A stretch of 63,961 nt of DNA, filler included, from a bacterium (GCA_027063545.1; 13 parts of 13 records of this genome joined end to end with filler, not necessarily neighbours in it), one strand, 5' to 3'; positions 1 to 10,467 are shown, counted from the first letter of the whole stretch. A program made the numbers and translations. The notes: generated by a model from the sequence alone, not told the origin.

Positions 1-968
1 ATCCCAGTACCTTCCTCCATTGTAACAAAATCAGCAACAGTTACAAAAAATGCCTTTTTATCTACTGGAACATAATCAAAAAGTCTTTCATATTCCTTAT
101 ATTCTAAGTCTTTTCCTTTAAACTCTTTTAAAATTTTATATTCTTCATTAATTATTGAAAGCCTTTTCTTGGCAAGAACATATTTTTCTCCTACAAAAGG
201 TGTTTCCTTCCCATCTTTTCCACCTGTAATCTCTATTAAAACATAATCTTCTTCCCCATTAACTGCAATTGCAACATTTGAAATCAAAGTCCAAGGAGTT
301 GTTGTCCAAATTAAATAGTAATAATCCCCATCTTTTGCCTTTAATTTAACATATAAGGCTAAATCTTTTACCTCTTTATATCCTTGAGCAACCTCATGAG
401 ATGAAAGAGATGTCCCACATCTTGGACAATAAGGAGTTATCTTATATCCTTCATATAAAAGACCTTTATTATATATCTCTTTAATTGCCCACCATAGACT
501 TTCTATATAAGAGTTATCCAAAGTAACGTATGGATTATCTAAATCAATCCAAAACCCAATTCTTTTTGTTATCTTCTCCCATTCCTCTTTATACTTAAAA
601 ACAGATTCCCTACATTTTTGATTAAATTTATCTATTCCATATTCCTCTATCTGTTCTTTATTTGTTATACCAAGTTCCTTTTCTACTTCAATCTCAACAG
701 GAAGTCCATGAGTATCCCAACCACCTTTTCTTTCAACTCTATAACCTTTCATTGTTTTATATCTACAAACAATATCCTTTAAAGTCCTACTCTGAACATG
801 ATGAACACCAGGCCTTCCATTTGCAGTTGGAGGTCCCTCATAAAAAACAAAAGGCTCTTTTCTTTGATCTACACTTTTTTTAAATATATCATTCTCTTCC
901 CAAAATTTTAAAACTTCCTCCTCTAAGGTCTTAACAGGAGTATTAGCTTTTATTTCTCTATATACCAT
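1..968 (-). CDS. ileS: Isoleucine--tRNA ligase, type 2 (3' partial; missing from ORF track)
   Basis: Manual translation from ATG at 968: MVYREIKANTP...FYEGPPTANGRPGVHHVQSRTLKD...GWDTHGLPVE...PYCPRCGTSLSSHEVAQGY, which are IleRS2 motifs. Runs off the window. Confidence 0.96.
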   Translation of the reverse strand, partial: MVYREIKANTPVKTLEEEVLKFWEENDIFKKSVDQRKEPFVFYEGPPTANGRPGVHHVQSRTLKDIVCRYKTMKGYRVERKGGWDTHGLPVEIEVEKELGITNKEQIEEYGIDKFNQKCRESVFKYKEEWEKITKRIGFWIDLDNPYVTLDNSYIESLWWAIKEIYNKGLLYEGYKITPYCPRCGTSLSSHEVAQGYKEVKDLALYVKLKAKDGDYYYLIWTTTPWTLISNVAIAVNGEEDYVLIEITGGKDGKETPFVGEKYVLAKKRLSIINEEYKILKEFKGKDLEYKEYERLFDYVPVDKKAFFVTVADFVTMEEGTG

Positions 969-996
969 AAAATAATTCTCCTTTTTCGTTTTTTTT

Positions 997-1818
997 TTAT
1001 AATCTTCTTAACACACCTTTTATAACCTTAACAAGCTTAGGTTCTGCTTTATTTGCTGCTTCTATAACCATCTCTAATGTTAATGGCTCTAAAGCATCTG
1101 GAAGTCCCATATCTGTTATTACTGAAAATGCTAAAACTCTTAAACCGCTATGAATAGCAACAATTACTTCTGGTATTGTACTCATTCCAACAGCATCTGC
1201 GCCTACCATTCTTAACATTCTATATTCTGCCCTTGTTTCTAAAGATGGTCCTGTAACCCCAACATAAACACCTTTTTTAATATAAATATTTTCTTCTAAA
1301 GCAGCTTCTATTGCTAATTTTATCAACTCTTTATCATATACCTCACTCATATCAGGGAATCTTACACCTAGTCTATCATCGTTAGGACCAATTAAAGGAT
1401 TGGGCATAAAAAAACCTATGTGATCTTCTATTACCATTAAATCGCCTCTTTCAAATTGTGGATTTAATCCCCCTGCTGCATTTGAAACTATTAAAATATC
1501 TATTCCTAAAGCCTTTAAAACTCTTACTGGAAATGTAATTTCATTTGTTGAATATCCTTCATATAAGTGAAATCTTCCTTGAAGTATTATCACTTCTTTT
1601 CCTTCTATTTCTCCAATAATCAATTTACCTTCATGAGATTCAACTGTTGGTTTCACAAAATTAGGGATTTCTTTATATGATATTTCATATTTTATTTTAA
1701 CATCATTAACTAAAGCACCTAGTCCTGTACCCAAGATTATACCTATTTTGGCATTTATTTGTCCAACTTTAGATAAAATAACCTTTTTACTTTCTTGAAT
1801 TTGCTCATATAATTTCAT
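997..1818 (-). CDS. Purine nucleoside phosphorylase I (trimeric PunA/XapA type)
   Basis: IILGTGLG, QGRFHLYEGY, SNAAGGLN, GPSLETRAE, GADAVGMSTIPE motifs. Confidence 0.93.
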   Translation of the reverse strand: MKLYEQIQESKKVILSKVGQINAKIGIILGTGLGALVNDVKIKYEISYKEIPNFVKPTVESHEGKLIIGEIEGKEVIILQGRFHLYEGYSTNEITFPVRVLKALGIDILIVSNAAGGLNPQFERGDLMVIEDHIGFFMPNPLIGPNDDRLGVRFPDMSEVYDKELIKLAIEAALEENIYIKKGVYVGVTGPSLETRAEYRMLRMVGADAVGMSTIPEVIVAIHSGLRVLAFSVITDMGLPDALEPLTLEMVIEAANKAEPKLVKVIKGVLRRL

Positions 1819-1894
1819 CGTTAACCTCCTATATATAATAGGGTATTTTTTTAAGTTTATTAAAAATAATAATTTATAGAATGTTTTAAAAATA

Positions 1895-2152
1895 TTATTT
1901 TTGAGAGATTATATCAAAAAAAAGTTTCTCATTAATATTAATATCAAGTAATTTATTCCTTGACTTTTCACCTTTTACTATATTAATATCTTTTTTTTTA
2001 ATATTAAAAACTTTAGAAAGAAAATTTATTAATCTTTTATTTGCCTTACCATCTTGAGGGGGAGAAGCAACCTTTACTTTTAATATATTATCTCTATATT
2101 CAACTATTTGATCTTTTGAAGCCCCGGGAATTACCTTAACTTGAATTCTCAT
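1895..2152 (-). CDS. DUF167/YggU family protein
   Basis: VKVIPGASK...VASPPQDGKANKRLI...GEKSRNK; usual yggS-yggT-yggU context. Confidence 0.9.
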   Translation of the reverse strand: MRIQVKVIPGASKDQIVEYRDNILKVKVASPPQDGKANKRLINFLSKVFNIKKKDINIVKGEKSRNKLLDININEKLFFDIISQK

Positions 2153-2162
2153 TTTATATTCT

Positions 2163-2447
2163 CTAAAATCCCATTAAAATTGATAAAAAATATTTCAAAA
2201 CTTCAACTATCATAAGAGCTATCATTGGCGAAAAATCAATCATCCCTATATTAGTGGGAATAAATTTTCTTATATAATCTAAAAAAGGTTCTGTAATATC
2301 AAACAAAAATCTTAAAACTTTATTGCCATTATACAATTCCTCCTTAGGAATAACCCAGCTTAACAAAACAGATAGAAAAAGAATTATTTCATAGAATGTT
2401 AGTAATTGATATATGCTATAAAAGATAATCATAAGAAAACTATACAT
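2163..2447 (-). CDS. YggT/YlmG family membrane protein
   Basis: LLSWV...DITEPFLDYIRKFIP...IDFSPMIAL; start moved to ATG 2447, which overlaps the yggS stop. Confidence 0.88.
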   Translation of the reverse strand: MYSFLMIIFYSIYQLLTFYEIILFLSVLLSWVIPKEELYNGNKVLRFLFDITEPFLDYIRKFIPTNIGMIDFSPMIALMIVEVLKYFLSILMGF

Positions 2448-3129
2448 ATTTTCTATCTCCGAATATGTATGTCCCAACTCTTATCATCGTAGACCCTTCA
2501 TCCAAAGCAATCCTATAATCCCCACTCATACCCATTGACAATTCTTTAAAATATGAAGGAGTACTGTATGCTTTCTTTAATTCTTCTAAAAGAAGTCTTA
2601 AGCTTCTAAATTCCTCTTTTATAATATTTTTATCTTCAGTATACGTAGCTATAGTCATAAGTCCTATAACCTCAATATTAGGTAATTCAATTATCTTAGG
2701 AAATTCTTCTTTTAAAACTTCAGGGTTATAACCATATTTACTTAAATCCTTTGAAACTTTTACCTCTAATAATACCTTTATAATTTTATTTTCTCTTTGT
2801 GCATACGAAGAAACCTTTTGAGCTATCTTTAAACTATCTATAGAATGAATATAATCACTTAAAATAACAGCTTTTTTAGCTTTATTTGTTTGTAAATGAC
2901 CTATTAAATGAATATTTATATCATAATTATTGAAAAAATCAACTTTTGAAGATAATTCTTGAACTCTTGACTCCCCCACATCTTTAAGACCAGCTTCAAG
3001 TGCGATTCTTATTCTTTCAGTATCAACAGTTTTTGTAACACCTATAAGTTTTGCATTATATTTTGAAGTTAACGTTAATAGTTCCTTTGTTCTACTCTCT
3101 ATTCTCTGATATATTCCCTTCATATCCAT
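2440..3129 (-). CDS. yggS: YggS family PLP homeostasis protein
   Basis: LIGVTKT, GESRVQE, HLIGHLQTNKAK, GLMTI, LSMGMSGDY, MIRVGTYIFG; exact start uncertain (3123/3129/3138). Confidence 0.93.
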   Translation of the reverse strand: MDMKGIYQRIESRTKELLTLTSKYNAKLIGVTKTVDTERIRIALEAGLKDVGESRVQELSSKVDFFNNYDINIHLIGHLQTNKAKKAVILSDYIHSIDSLKIAQKVSSYAQRENKIIKVLLEVKVSKDLSKYGYNPEVLKEEFPKIIELPNIEVIGLMTIATYTEDKNIIKEEFRSLRLLLEELKKAYSTPSYFKELSMGMSGDYRIALDEGSTMIRVGTYIFGDRKYV

Positions 3130-3982
3130 ATTTCCCATTTAAGGCATCAAAAAGTTTTCTTAATGCCCTCTTTTTTAATTGCCTAACTCTTTCCTTACTA
3201 AGAGATAACTCTTTTGCAATTTGCTCTAATGTATAACTTTGAGGTGTATTTAACCCATAATATAATTCTATTATTCTTCTTTCTCTAACATCTAATACCT
3301 CAGAAAGTAATTTATCAATTGTTTCTCTAATTTCGTTTAGAATTGCTATATCTTCCTGTTCTGGAGGGATACTTATAACTTCTAATAGTCTCAATTGATT
3401 ATCATCTTCATCTCTACTGATAGGATTTTCCATACTCTGTATATTTTTTTCAGAATGTATACGAAGTATATCATCTCTTACATCCTTAAACTCTTCTTCT
3501 TCTAATGTTTTATTAAAATCCTGATTATTCTCTTTTAATCTTCTTAAAAATTTTCTATATATGGCCCTTTTATTAGTTGGTATTCTTAGAACGTCTAATT
3601 CTTCAGAAATTAATTGTTCTATAGATTGACGAATCCAGTGTACCGCATAGGATAAAAATTTTACATGGGAAGTTGTATCATATTTTTCTGCAGCTTTTAA
3701 TAGCCCTATTACTCCAGCTATAAGTTTTTCTATATAAGGGATCTTCTCATTAGCGAGTTTATTATATTGATTCACTACCATAACAATAAATTTTATATTA
3801 GAACCTATTAACTTTTCTCTTGCTTCTTTATCCTTAGGATTTTTCTGAATCCTTTTTACAAGTTCAATTTGTTCTTCCTCAGATAAAATTGAATACTTAG
3901 AGGTTATTTTATCTATCATTTTTTGAGCTTCTGGAGGTATGTTATAATATGTTGAATTATATTGTAATTTTTTATTTGCCAT
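3092..3982 (-). CDS. Sigma-70 family RNA polymerase sigma factor (short RpoD/RpoS/RpoH-like, divergent)
   Basis: Region 2 AREKLIGSNIKFIV...GLLKAAEKYD...KFLSYAVHWIRQSI; region 4 YTLEQIAKELSLSKERVRQLKKRALRKL. Confidence 0.9.
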   Translation of the reverse strand: MANKKLQYNSTYYNIPPEAQKMIDKITSKYSILSEEEQIELVKRIQKNPKDKEAREKLIGSNIKFIVMVVNQYNKLANEKIPYIEKLIAGVIGLLKAAEKYDTTSHVKFLSYAVHWIRQSIEQLISEELDVLRIPTNKRAIYRKFLRRLKENNQDFNKTLEEEEFKDVRDDILRIHSEKNIQSMENPISRDEDDNQLRLLEVISIPPEQEDIAILNEIRETIDKLLSEVLDVRERRIIELYYGLNTPQSYTLEQIAKELSLSKERVRQLKKRALRKLFDALNGKYGYEGNISENRE

Positions 3983-4000
3983 AATTTTTCAACTCCTTGA

Positions 4001-5188
4001 TTAATAATATAAATATCTATAATCCTTTACCTCGGAGTTCAATCTAAGATTATTATACCATCTATCAAAGAATTTTTGTTGTCTCTTTAATAAGAGTCTC
4101 TTTAAATTTTCTTTTACTTCAATTACTTTTGTACTATCTAATGATCCTTTATATATTCTTTTGATTATAAATACCCCATCACGGCCATATACAGGCTTTT
4201 TTGCTAACTGATTTTCTTTTAAAAGGAAACCTACAGCTTGAAATTCTGTATTTGATCCTACAGCCATTAAATAGTCATATTTTGTTACTTCTTGAGGATT
4301 TTCAAAATAATAAGCTATAGAATCTTTATTACCCCAACTTTCTAAAGATATATTCTTCTTTTTAATTTTTTCTAATACATTTAAAGCATACTTATAAGCT
4401 AATTCCTTTCTCTTTTCTTCTTTTAGGATTGTCTCTATATATGGTTTAACCTCATCAAATGTTAAATATCCTTCACCTTTTCTCCCAATTATTCTAAAAA
4501 CGAATAAAGAATTTGGACCTTCTAAAACTTCTGAAACCTCTCCTATTTTACCTTTAGATATAAAAGGATTTATTCCATCTACAAAGCCAACTTTAGGAAT
4601 CATATTACCTATTTCAAAATATCCTGTAGTATCTAGTAAAGTTTTTATTTTTACAATATTATCAGAATTTAAGATATATCTTAAACTATCTAAATATTCA
4701 GTAATAGAATCCCTAGTATCCGGAGTCATTCTTATAGACATAAATATTTCACCAACCCTATATAGATTAATAGTATCAATGCTATCCTTTGCAAGTGTAT
4801 CTACCTTAACTTTTTTATCTAAAAGAGTATATAGATAAAGGCCTTTATATCCATATATAGGCCCATAAATTTCCCCTATTTTTAAAGAATCTATAATAAC
4901 TCTTATTCTTAAGGGCAAATCTTTTTCTGACTTATATCCTAAATCACCTCCTGTAGAATCAAAATCTGAAGCATCAGAATAATCTTTTGCTAAATCTAGA
5001 AATTTTTCGCCTTCTTTAAATCTCTTTTTTATTTCGTCTACATCTTTTAATACTAAAAGAGTGTCTCTTTTTGACGGAAGTTTTGGAACTTTTATAAAAG
5101 CCAAATTTACCCTTTCTTTTGTTTTGTAATCTTCTTTGTGTTTTTGGTAGTATGTTCTTAATTCCCTATCAGAAATCTTTATAGTATC
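4001..5188 (-). CDS. Periplasmic peptidyl-prolyl isomerase (PpiD/SurA-like, parvulin domains), 5' partial
   Basis: FLDLAKDYSD...GGDLGY...LKIGEIYGPI rotamase motifs; frame stays open upstream to the contig edge at 5188. Confidence 0.85.
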   Translation of the reverse strand, partial: DTIKISDRELRTYYQKHKEDYKTKERVNLAFIKVPKLPSKRDTLLVLKDVDEIKKRFKEGEKFLDLAKDYSDASDFDSTGGDLGYKSEKDLPLRIRVIIDSLKIGEIYGPIYGYKGLYLYTLLDKKVKVDTLAKDSIDTINLYRVGEIFMSIRMTPDTRDSITEYLDSLRYILNSDNIVKIKTLLDTTGYFEIGNMIPKVGFVDGINPFISKGKIGEVSEVLEGPNSLFVFRIIGRKGEGYLTFDEVKPYIETILKEEKRKELAYKYALNVLEKIKKKNISLESWGNKDSIAYYFENPQEVTKYDYLMAVGSNTEFQAVGFLLKENQLAKKPVYGRDGVFIIKRIYKGSLDSTKVIEVKENLKRLLLKRQQKFFDRWYNNLRLNSEVKDYRYLYY

Positions 5189-5288
5189 NNNNNNNNNNNN
5201 NNNNNNNNNNNNNNNNNNNNNNNNNNNNNNNNTTAATTAATTAANNNNNNNNNNNNNNNNNNNNNNNNNNNNNNNNNNNNNNNNNNNN
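5189..5288. other. Artificial contig linker (N run + TTAATTAATTAA + N run); the first of 12 such linkers
   Basis: Same spacer with all-frame stops at ~5189, 10468, 15723, 20941, 26122, 31286, 36387, 41455, 46518, 51514, 56449 and 61290; complete pieces shrink monotonically (5179 to 4741 bp). Confidence 0.99.
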
Positions 5289-5677
5289 TAGGTGGAGAGG
5301 GCAATGGCGGTGTAATATACTCTTACTCTCATTATGGAAGAGATGCTCTTTCTGGAATTATTCTTATTCTTATTCTTATTTCAGAGGCAGAAAAATCTTT
5401 ATATGAAATTATAGAGGAACTACCAGAATTTTATATGACAAAACATAAAATAGAGACACAAAGTTTAGATATAAGTAGAGTAGAATCATATTTTAAAACA
5501 AAGTTTAATGGTGTATATTTTAATTATGAGGATGGAATTAGGATAGAGAAGCCATTAGAGTGGTGGTTTCATATAAGAAGATCAAATACTGAACCTATTG
5601 TTAGAATGATAGCAGAGGGTAAAGATAGGGATTTTATAGAGAAAGAGGTGATGAATATAAAAGAGATATTGGTTTAA
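5289..5677 (+). CDS. glmM: Phosphoglucosamine mutase (alpha-D-phosphohexomutase), 5' partial
   Basis: GGEGNGGVI...HYGRDA...DGIRI...WFHIRRSNTEPIVRMIAE; directly upstream of glmS. Confidence 0.85.
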
Positions 5678-5692
5678 AGAAGAGGTATAAAA

Positions 5693-7534
5693 ATGTGTGG
5701 AATAGTAGGGTATATTGGTGAAAAAAATGTTGTTGATATTCTTTTGCAGGGGCTTTATAAACTTGAATATAGGGGTTATGATTCAGCAGGAATTGCTGTG
5801 ATTGATAAGGATAGTAATGAATTAAAAATTATAAAAAAGGTTGGAAAGATCAGAAATTTAGAGTCTTCTATGAAGGAAGATGGATTTTTTAATATAAACA
5901 CAGAGATTGGAATAGCTCATACTCGTTGGGCTACTCATGGAGAGGTAAATGAGGTAAATGCTCATCCTCATTATGATGAGGATAAAACTTTAGCAATAGT
6001 TCATAATGGTATAATAGAGAATTATAATGTAATAAAAAAGTGGCTTGAAGAAAAAGGAGTTAAATTTAAAACAGAGACAGATACAGAGGTTCTTTTATAT
6101 TTAATAAAGTATTATTATAAGGACGATTTAAAACAAGCAGTTTTGTCTGCGTTAAAACATGTAATTGGTGCTTATGGGATAGTGGTTATTTCTAAAAAAG
6201 AACCGGGAAAAATGATTGGTGCAAGAAATGGTTCTCCTTTGGTGTTTGGTATAGGGAAAGATGATTTTGTTTTAGCTTCAGATGTTTCAGCCATAAAGCC
6301 TGTTACAGATAATGTAATTTACTTAGAAGATGGTCATATAATAGAGGTAACAAAGGAAAATTATAAAATATTAACTTTAGAAGAGAGAGAAGTAAACGCT
6401 AAGGTTCATACTATTGATTGGGAACTTGAAAGTTGGGAAAAAGGTAATTTCCCAACATATATGGAAAAAGAGATCCATGAACAGCCTAACACAATAATAA
6501 ATACTACAAGGGGAAGATGGTTTTTTGAGAAAGGAGAATTAAAACTTGGAGGAATAGAGCCTGTTAGGGATTTACTAAAAAAGACAAAAAAAATAACAAT
6601 TTTAGGTTGTGGAACAAGTTGGCATGCTGCTTTAATTGGAAAATATTGGTTTGAGTATTATGCTGATATTTCAACAGAGGTAGATTATGCTGCAGAGTTT
6701 AGATATAGAAACCCTATTATTTTAGAGGATCAAATAGTTATAGCAATAAGTCAATCTGGAGAGACAGCAGATACAATAGGAGCAATAAGAGAGGCTAAGA
6801 TTAAAGGGGCAACAGTATTAGGAATAACAAATGTGGTTGGTTCTACTATTGCAAGAGAGACAGATGCTGGAATTTATCTTCACGCAGGTCCAGAGATAGG
6901 GGTAGCCTCAACAAAGGCTTTTATTGGGCAATTAACAGTTCTTCTTATGATGGCTATATATATGGGAAGGATGAGAAGGCTTTCTATTGAGGACACATTG
7001 AGGGTTTCAGAGGAATTTAAAAAAATACCAGATAAGATAGAAAAGATTTTAAAACAAAAGGATTATATAAGAGAGATTGCAGGAAAGATTATAAAATATA
7101 ACAATGCATTATATTTGGGAAGGGGAGTGAATTATCCAGTAGCACTTGAAGGGGCTTTAAAGTTTAAGGAAATATCATATATTCATGCAGAGGGTTATCC
7201 AGCAGCAGAGATGAAGCATGGTCCTATTGCTTTGATCGATGAGAATATGCCAACAATTGTTATTGCTACAAAAGATTTTCTATATGATAAGATAATTTCA
7301 AATATAAAAGAAGTAAAAGCAAGAAAGGGACAGGTTATTGCTATTGCTACAGAAGATGATGAGGCAATAAAATCACATGCTGATTATGTAATATATATTC
7401 CAGATACAATAGATATGCTCACCCCATTTTTATCTGTAATTCCTTTACAACTTTTAGCATATTATGCAGCTACATTAAAGGGGTATGATGTTGATAAACC
7501 ACGTAATTTGGCAAAAAGCGTGACAGTAGAATAG
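5693..7534 (+). CDS. glmS: Glutamine--fructose-6-phosphate aminotransferase
   Basis: N-terminal MCGIVGY, HTRWATHG, SQSGETADT, C-terminal PRNLAKSVTVE. Confidence 0.99.
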   Translation: MCGIVGYIGEKNVVDILLQGLYKLEYRGYDSAGIAVIDKDSNELKIIKKVGKIRNLESSMKEDGFFNINTEIGIAHTRWATHGEVNEVNAHPHYDEDKTLAIVHNGIIENYNVIKKWLEEKGVKFKTETDTEVLLYLIKYYYKDDLKQAVLSALKHVIGAYGIVVISKKEPGKMIGARNGSPLVFGIGKDDFVLASDVSAIKPVTDNVIYLEDGHIIEVTKENYKILTLEEREVNAKVHTIDWELESWEKGNFPTYMEKEIHEQPNTIINTTRGRWFFEKGELKLGGIEPVRDLLKKTKKITILGCGTSWHAALIGKYWFEYYADISTEVDYAAEFRYRNPIILEDQIVIAISQSGETADTIGAIREAKIKGATVLGITNVVGSTIARETDAGIYLHAGPEIGVASTKAFIGQLTVLLMMAIYMGRMRRLSIEDTLRVSEEFKKIPDKIEKILKQKDYIREIAGKIIKYNNALYLGRGVNYPVALEGALKFKEISYIHAEGYPAAEMKHGPIALIDENMPTIVIATKDFLYDKIISNIKEVKARKGQVIAIATEDDEAIKSHADYVIYIPDTIDMLTPFLSVIPLQLLAYYAATLKGYDVDKPRNLAKSVTVE

Positions 7535-7546
7535 AAAGGAGAAGAT

Positions 7547-8563
7547 ATGGAGGAAAATCAAAATACATTAAAGACAAATAGAATTTTAAGTGGAATGCGT
7601 CCGACTGGAAAACTTCATATAGGGCATTATTTTGGTGTATTGGTAAATTGGCTTAAATTTCAAGAGGATTCTTCTTATGAAAAATATTATATGATAGCAG
7701 ATTGGCATGCTTTTTTTAGTGAAGCAACAAATAAAGAATTTAATTTAAAAAAGGTTACCTTAGATATTTTAATAGATTGGCTTTCAGCCGGGATTGATCC
7801 AAATAAAGTTGTAATCTTTAGACAATCTGATGTGCCAGAACATTTAGAACTTCATATAATTTTATCAGCTTTAACTCCAATGAGTTGGCTTGAAAGAAAT
7901 CCAACTTATAAAGATGCTCTGGAAAATATTAAAAATAAGGATATAAGAAACTATGCTTTTTTTGGTTATCCTGTGCTTCAAACAGCAGATATTGTTTTAT
8001 ATAAGGCAGATACTGTGCCTGTAGGTGAGGATCAACTTCCTCATCTTGAACTTGCGAGGGAGATAGTAAGAAGGTTCAATTATTATTATGGATTAACTTT
8101 TCCAGAGCCACAGTCAATATTAACAAAAGCAGCAAAGATTTTAGGGATAGATAGGAGAAAGATGAGTAAGAGTTATAATAATGCAATATACCTATCTGAT
8201 AGTTCAGATGAGGTAAATAAAAAAGTTATGTCTATGATTACAGATGAATCAAGGATAAAGAAAACAGATCCAGGTCATCCTGATATTTGTAATGTATTCT
8301 CATATTGGAATATTTTTGAGAGTGATAAAGAAAAAATTGAATGGGTAAAACGTTCTTGTATAAAAGCTGAGATTGGATGCGTTCAGTGTAAAAGGGAACT
8401 GGCAAAAAAGATTAATGAGTTTTTAGAGCCTATAAGAGAGAAAAGATCATATTATGAAAACCATAAAGATGAACTCTATGATATTCTAGAAGAAGGTAAG
8501 AAAAAAGCTAAACAATTGGCTGTAAAGACAATAGAAGAAGTAAAAGATAGAATAAAAATATAG
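7547..8563 (+). CDS. trpS: Tryptophan--tRNA ligase
   Basis: SGMRPTGKLHIGH, YPVLQTADI, VPVGEDQ, KMSKS. Confidence 0.98.
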   Translation: MEENQNTLKTNRILSGMRPTGKLHIGHYFGVLVNWLKFQEDSSYEKYYMIADWHAFFSEATNKEFNLKKVTLDILIDWLSAGIDPNKVVIFRQSDVPEHLELHIILSALTPMSWLERNPTYKDALENIKNKDIRNYAFFGYPVLQTADIVLYKADTVPVGEDQLPHLELAREIVRRFNYYYGLTFPEPQSILTKAAKILGIDRRKMSKSYNNAIYLSDSSDEVNKKVMSMITDESRIKKTDPGHPDICNVFSYWNIFESDKEKIEWVKRSCIKAEIGCVQCKRELAKKINEFLEPIREKRSYYENHKDELYDILEEGKKKAKQLAVKTIEEVKDRIKI

Positions 8564-8598
8564 TATTTTAATTGTAATATTGTATAGCTAAAAAACTC

Positions 8599-8626
8599 TT
8601 GACTTACAAAAGAAAAATTTTAATAT
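8599..8626 (+). promoter_or_regulatory. Putative sigma70 promoter for the beta-helix gene
   Basis: TTGACT-N16-TAATAT about 65 nt upstream of ATG 8692; AT-rich background makes chance matches common. Confidence 0.4.
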
Positions 8627-8691
8627 TTAATCTAAAGAAGCATTAAAACGATTAAATAAAATAAAGGGTTTAAGATTTGCCGGGGGTAATT

Positions 8692-10467
8692 ATGGATAAA
8701 ATAAAGAAAGTTTTATATCTAGTAGTTTTTTTATTTATTTATGCTACAATTAATGCTGCTACTTTGGAAGTAGGTGAGGGTAAACAATATTCAAATATCC
8801 AAGATGCTGTCAATGCAGCCCAACCCGGAGATATTATAAAGATTTATAGTGGTGTTTATGAGGAAAGAGTAGAAATAGTAGGTAAAAGTGATATTACATT
8901 AGTATCAGCAGCAGTTTCTGATATTTATGGAACAAGTGAAGATTTTAGACCTGATTTAAGTACTTTACCGGTTATTAAATATCATGATACAGAGCATGAC
9001 CATCCTCACAATGATGATGAAGCATCCCATGATGAAACAATAGATTATGATGAAAATGGGGTAATTTTGATAAAAGAATCAAAGAATATAAGAATTGTTG
9101 GGTTAAGAATTGATGGAATGGGTGTTTGGTATTCTGGCCAATGTATCCCTAAGTGGGGTGGTGCTCAGCTTTTTGGTAATAATGGTATAGCAATAAAAAA
9201 TAGTTATCATGTAGAGGTAAGATATTGTGATGTATTTAATGCTTTTAGAGGTATATATATTAAAGATAGAAACTTAGGTGGTGTTTATACAAAAAGAAAT
9301 CCAGGAGATTTTGATGGTGATAGACAGGTTCCTGCATCCAATGTTTTAAACATGGGTAATCATTTAATTGAGAGAAATAGAATTCATGATAATCACTGGG
9401 GGTTGATGTTTGAAATTACATGGGATGCTCCCTCTACAGTGAGAGATAACTTATTTTATAATAACTATAAAAGAGAAGGATATGAAGAAGCGTTAAATGT
9501 TGGGAATGGTTGTACTGCAGGAGATCAAAATCAATGGTATTCAGCTGCTATAAGATTTCATGGAGTATTTTTTGCTCCTCATTTAATTCATAATAATACT
9601 TTTTATAACAATGCTAATATTTATTCAACCCACTGGGGTTCAGGAGTCCCTAATATTAGATTTTACTATAACTTATATGATAAAGCAAATAAAGATTTAT
9701 ATAATACAAGAGCATTCGGGTATATGGGTAATACATATGGGGCTTATCAATATTACTCTTTATTTGGTCAACAAGCAAAAGAAGATGATCCTTATGGATT
9801 TACGGTTCCTACTTTTGAATGGGGTAGTGGAGATAAAACTCCAGAGACAGGAGATAGAGCAAATAAATGGGATTCTCAATGGGATGTGTATGATCATGAG
9901 ATTTACTATATAGGAGCGGATGATGGTACGGCACCTTTAAATCATGATGACCCTAAATCAAGGGATTTTCTTGTTCCAAATCCATCATCTTCTAGATTTT
10001 GGATGATAAGAAATGGAGTATCCTCAGAGTCTTGGGAAGTAGGCGATCCTACAGCAGGATTTTATGATTATGATGGTACAGTGGCTGATGTGGGAGCATA
10101 TCAAGTAGATCCTGATGGAAAGGTTAGATGGGCAGGATGTGCTGATTATCTTCAAATTGTAGATAGATATAGATATGCTGAAGTTCAACTTTTAGATAAT
10201 GGTTCTATTATAAGGATTCCCTATATTGTAAAGTATAATGGTAATAAGAAAATTACAAAGTTAGAATATGTACTTCAAAAATATACAACAACAATAGCTT
10301 ACAATGAATTTCCTCCTTCAGCTATTCAATCTCCAGATGAGTATGATTTAGATATCAATGAAAGTGCTTCAACTTCATTAGATAAAGTAGCTGATATGTT
10401 GAATGATTATGGTTATACTAGTGAGGATGTATTTTGGGTTGGTAGTGCTCCTAATTTTTCTAAAGAG
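8692..10467 (+). CDS. Secreted right-handed parallel beta-helix protein (pectin-lyase-like fold), 3' partial
   Basis: Signal peptide ending INA-A; GEGKQYSNIQDAVNAAQPGDIIKIYSGVY; repeated IxxNxIxxN/NNTFYNN rungs; GGGGG RBS before ATG 8692. Confidence 0.8.

Noticed and set aside
662-883. 73-aa plus-strand ORF
   Set aside because: Antisense shadow of ileS
5189-5288. Recurring TTAATTAATTAA motif flanked by N runs (12 copies)
   Set aside because: Artificial scaffolding linker, not a biological repeat or CRISPR; the ORF-track X...LIN tails are artefacts
9611-9913. Short alternative-frame or antisense ORFs here and at 3051, 14461, 16866, 18587, 18687, 19360, 20301, 25449, 32533, 33940, 35086, 36776, 38682, 43851, 44532, 48163, 50018, 50509, 52358, 52627, 52940, 57102, 62791
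   Set aside because: They overlap well-supported genes or remnants, with no recognisable motifs
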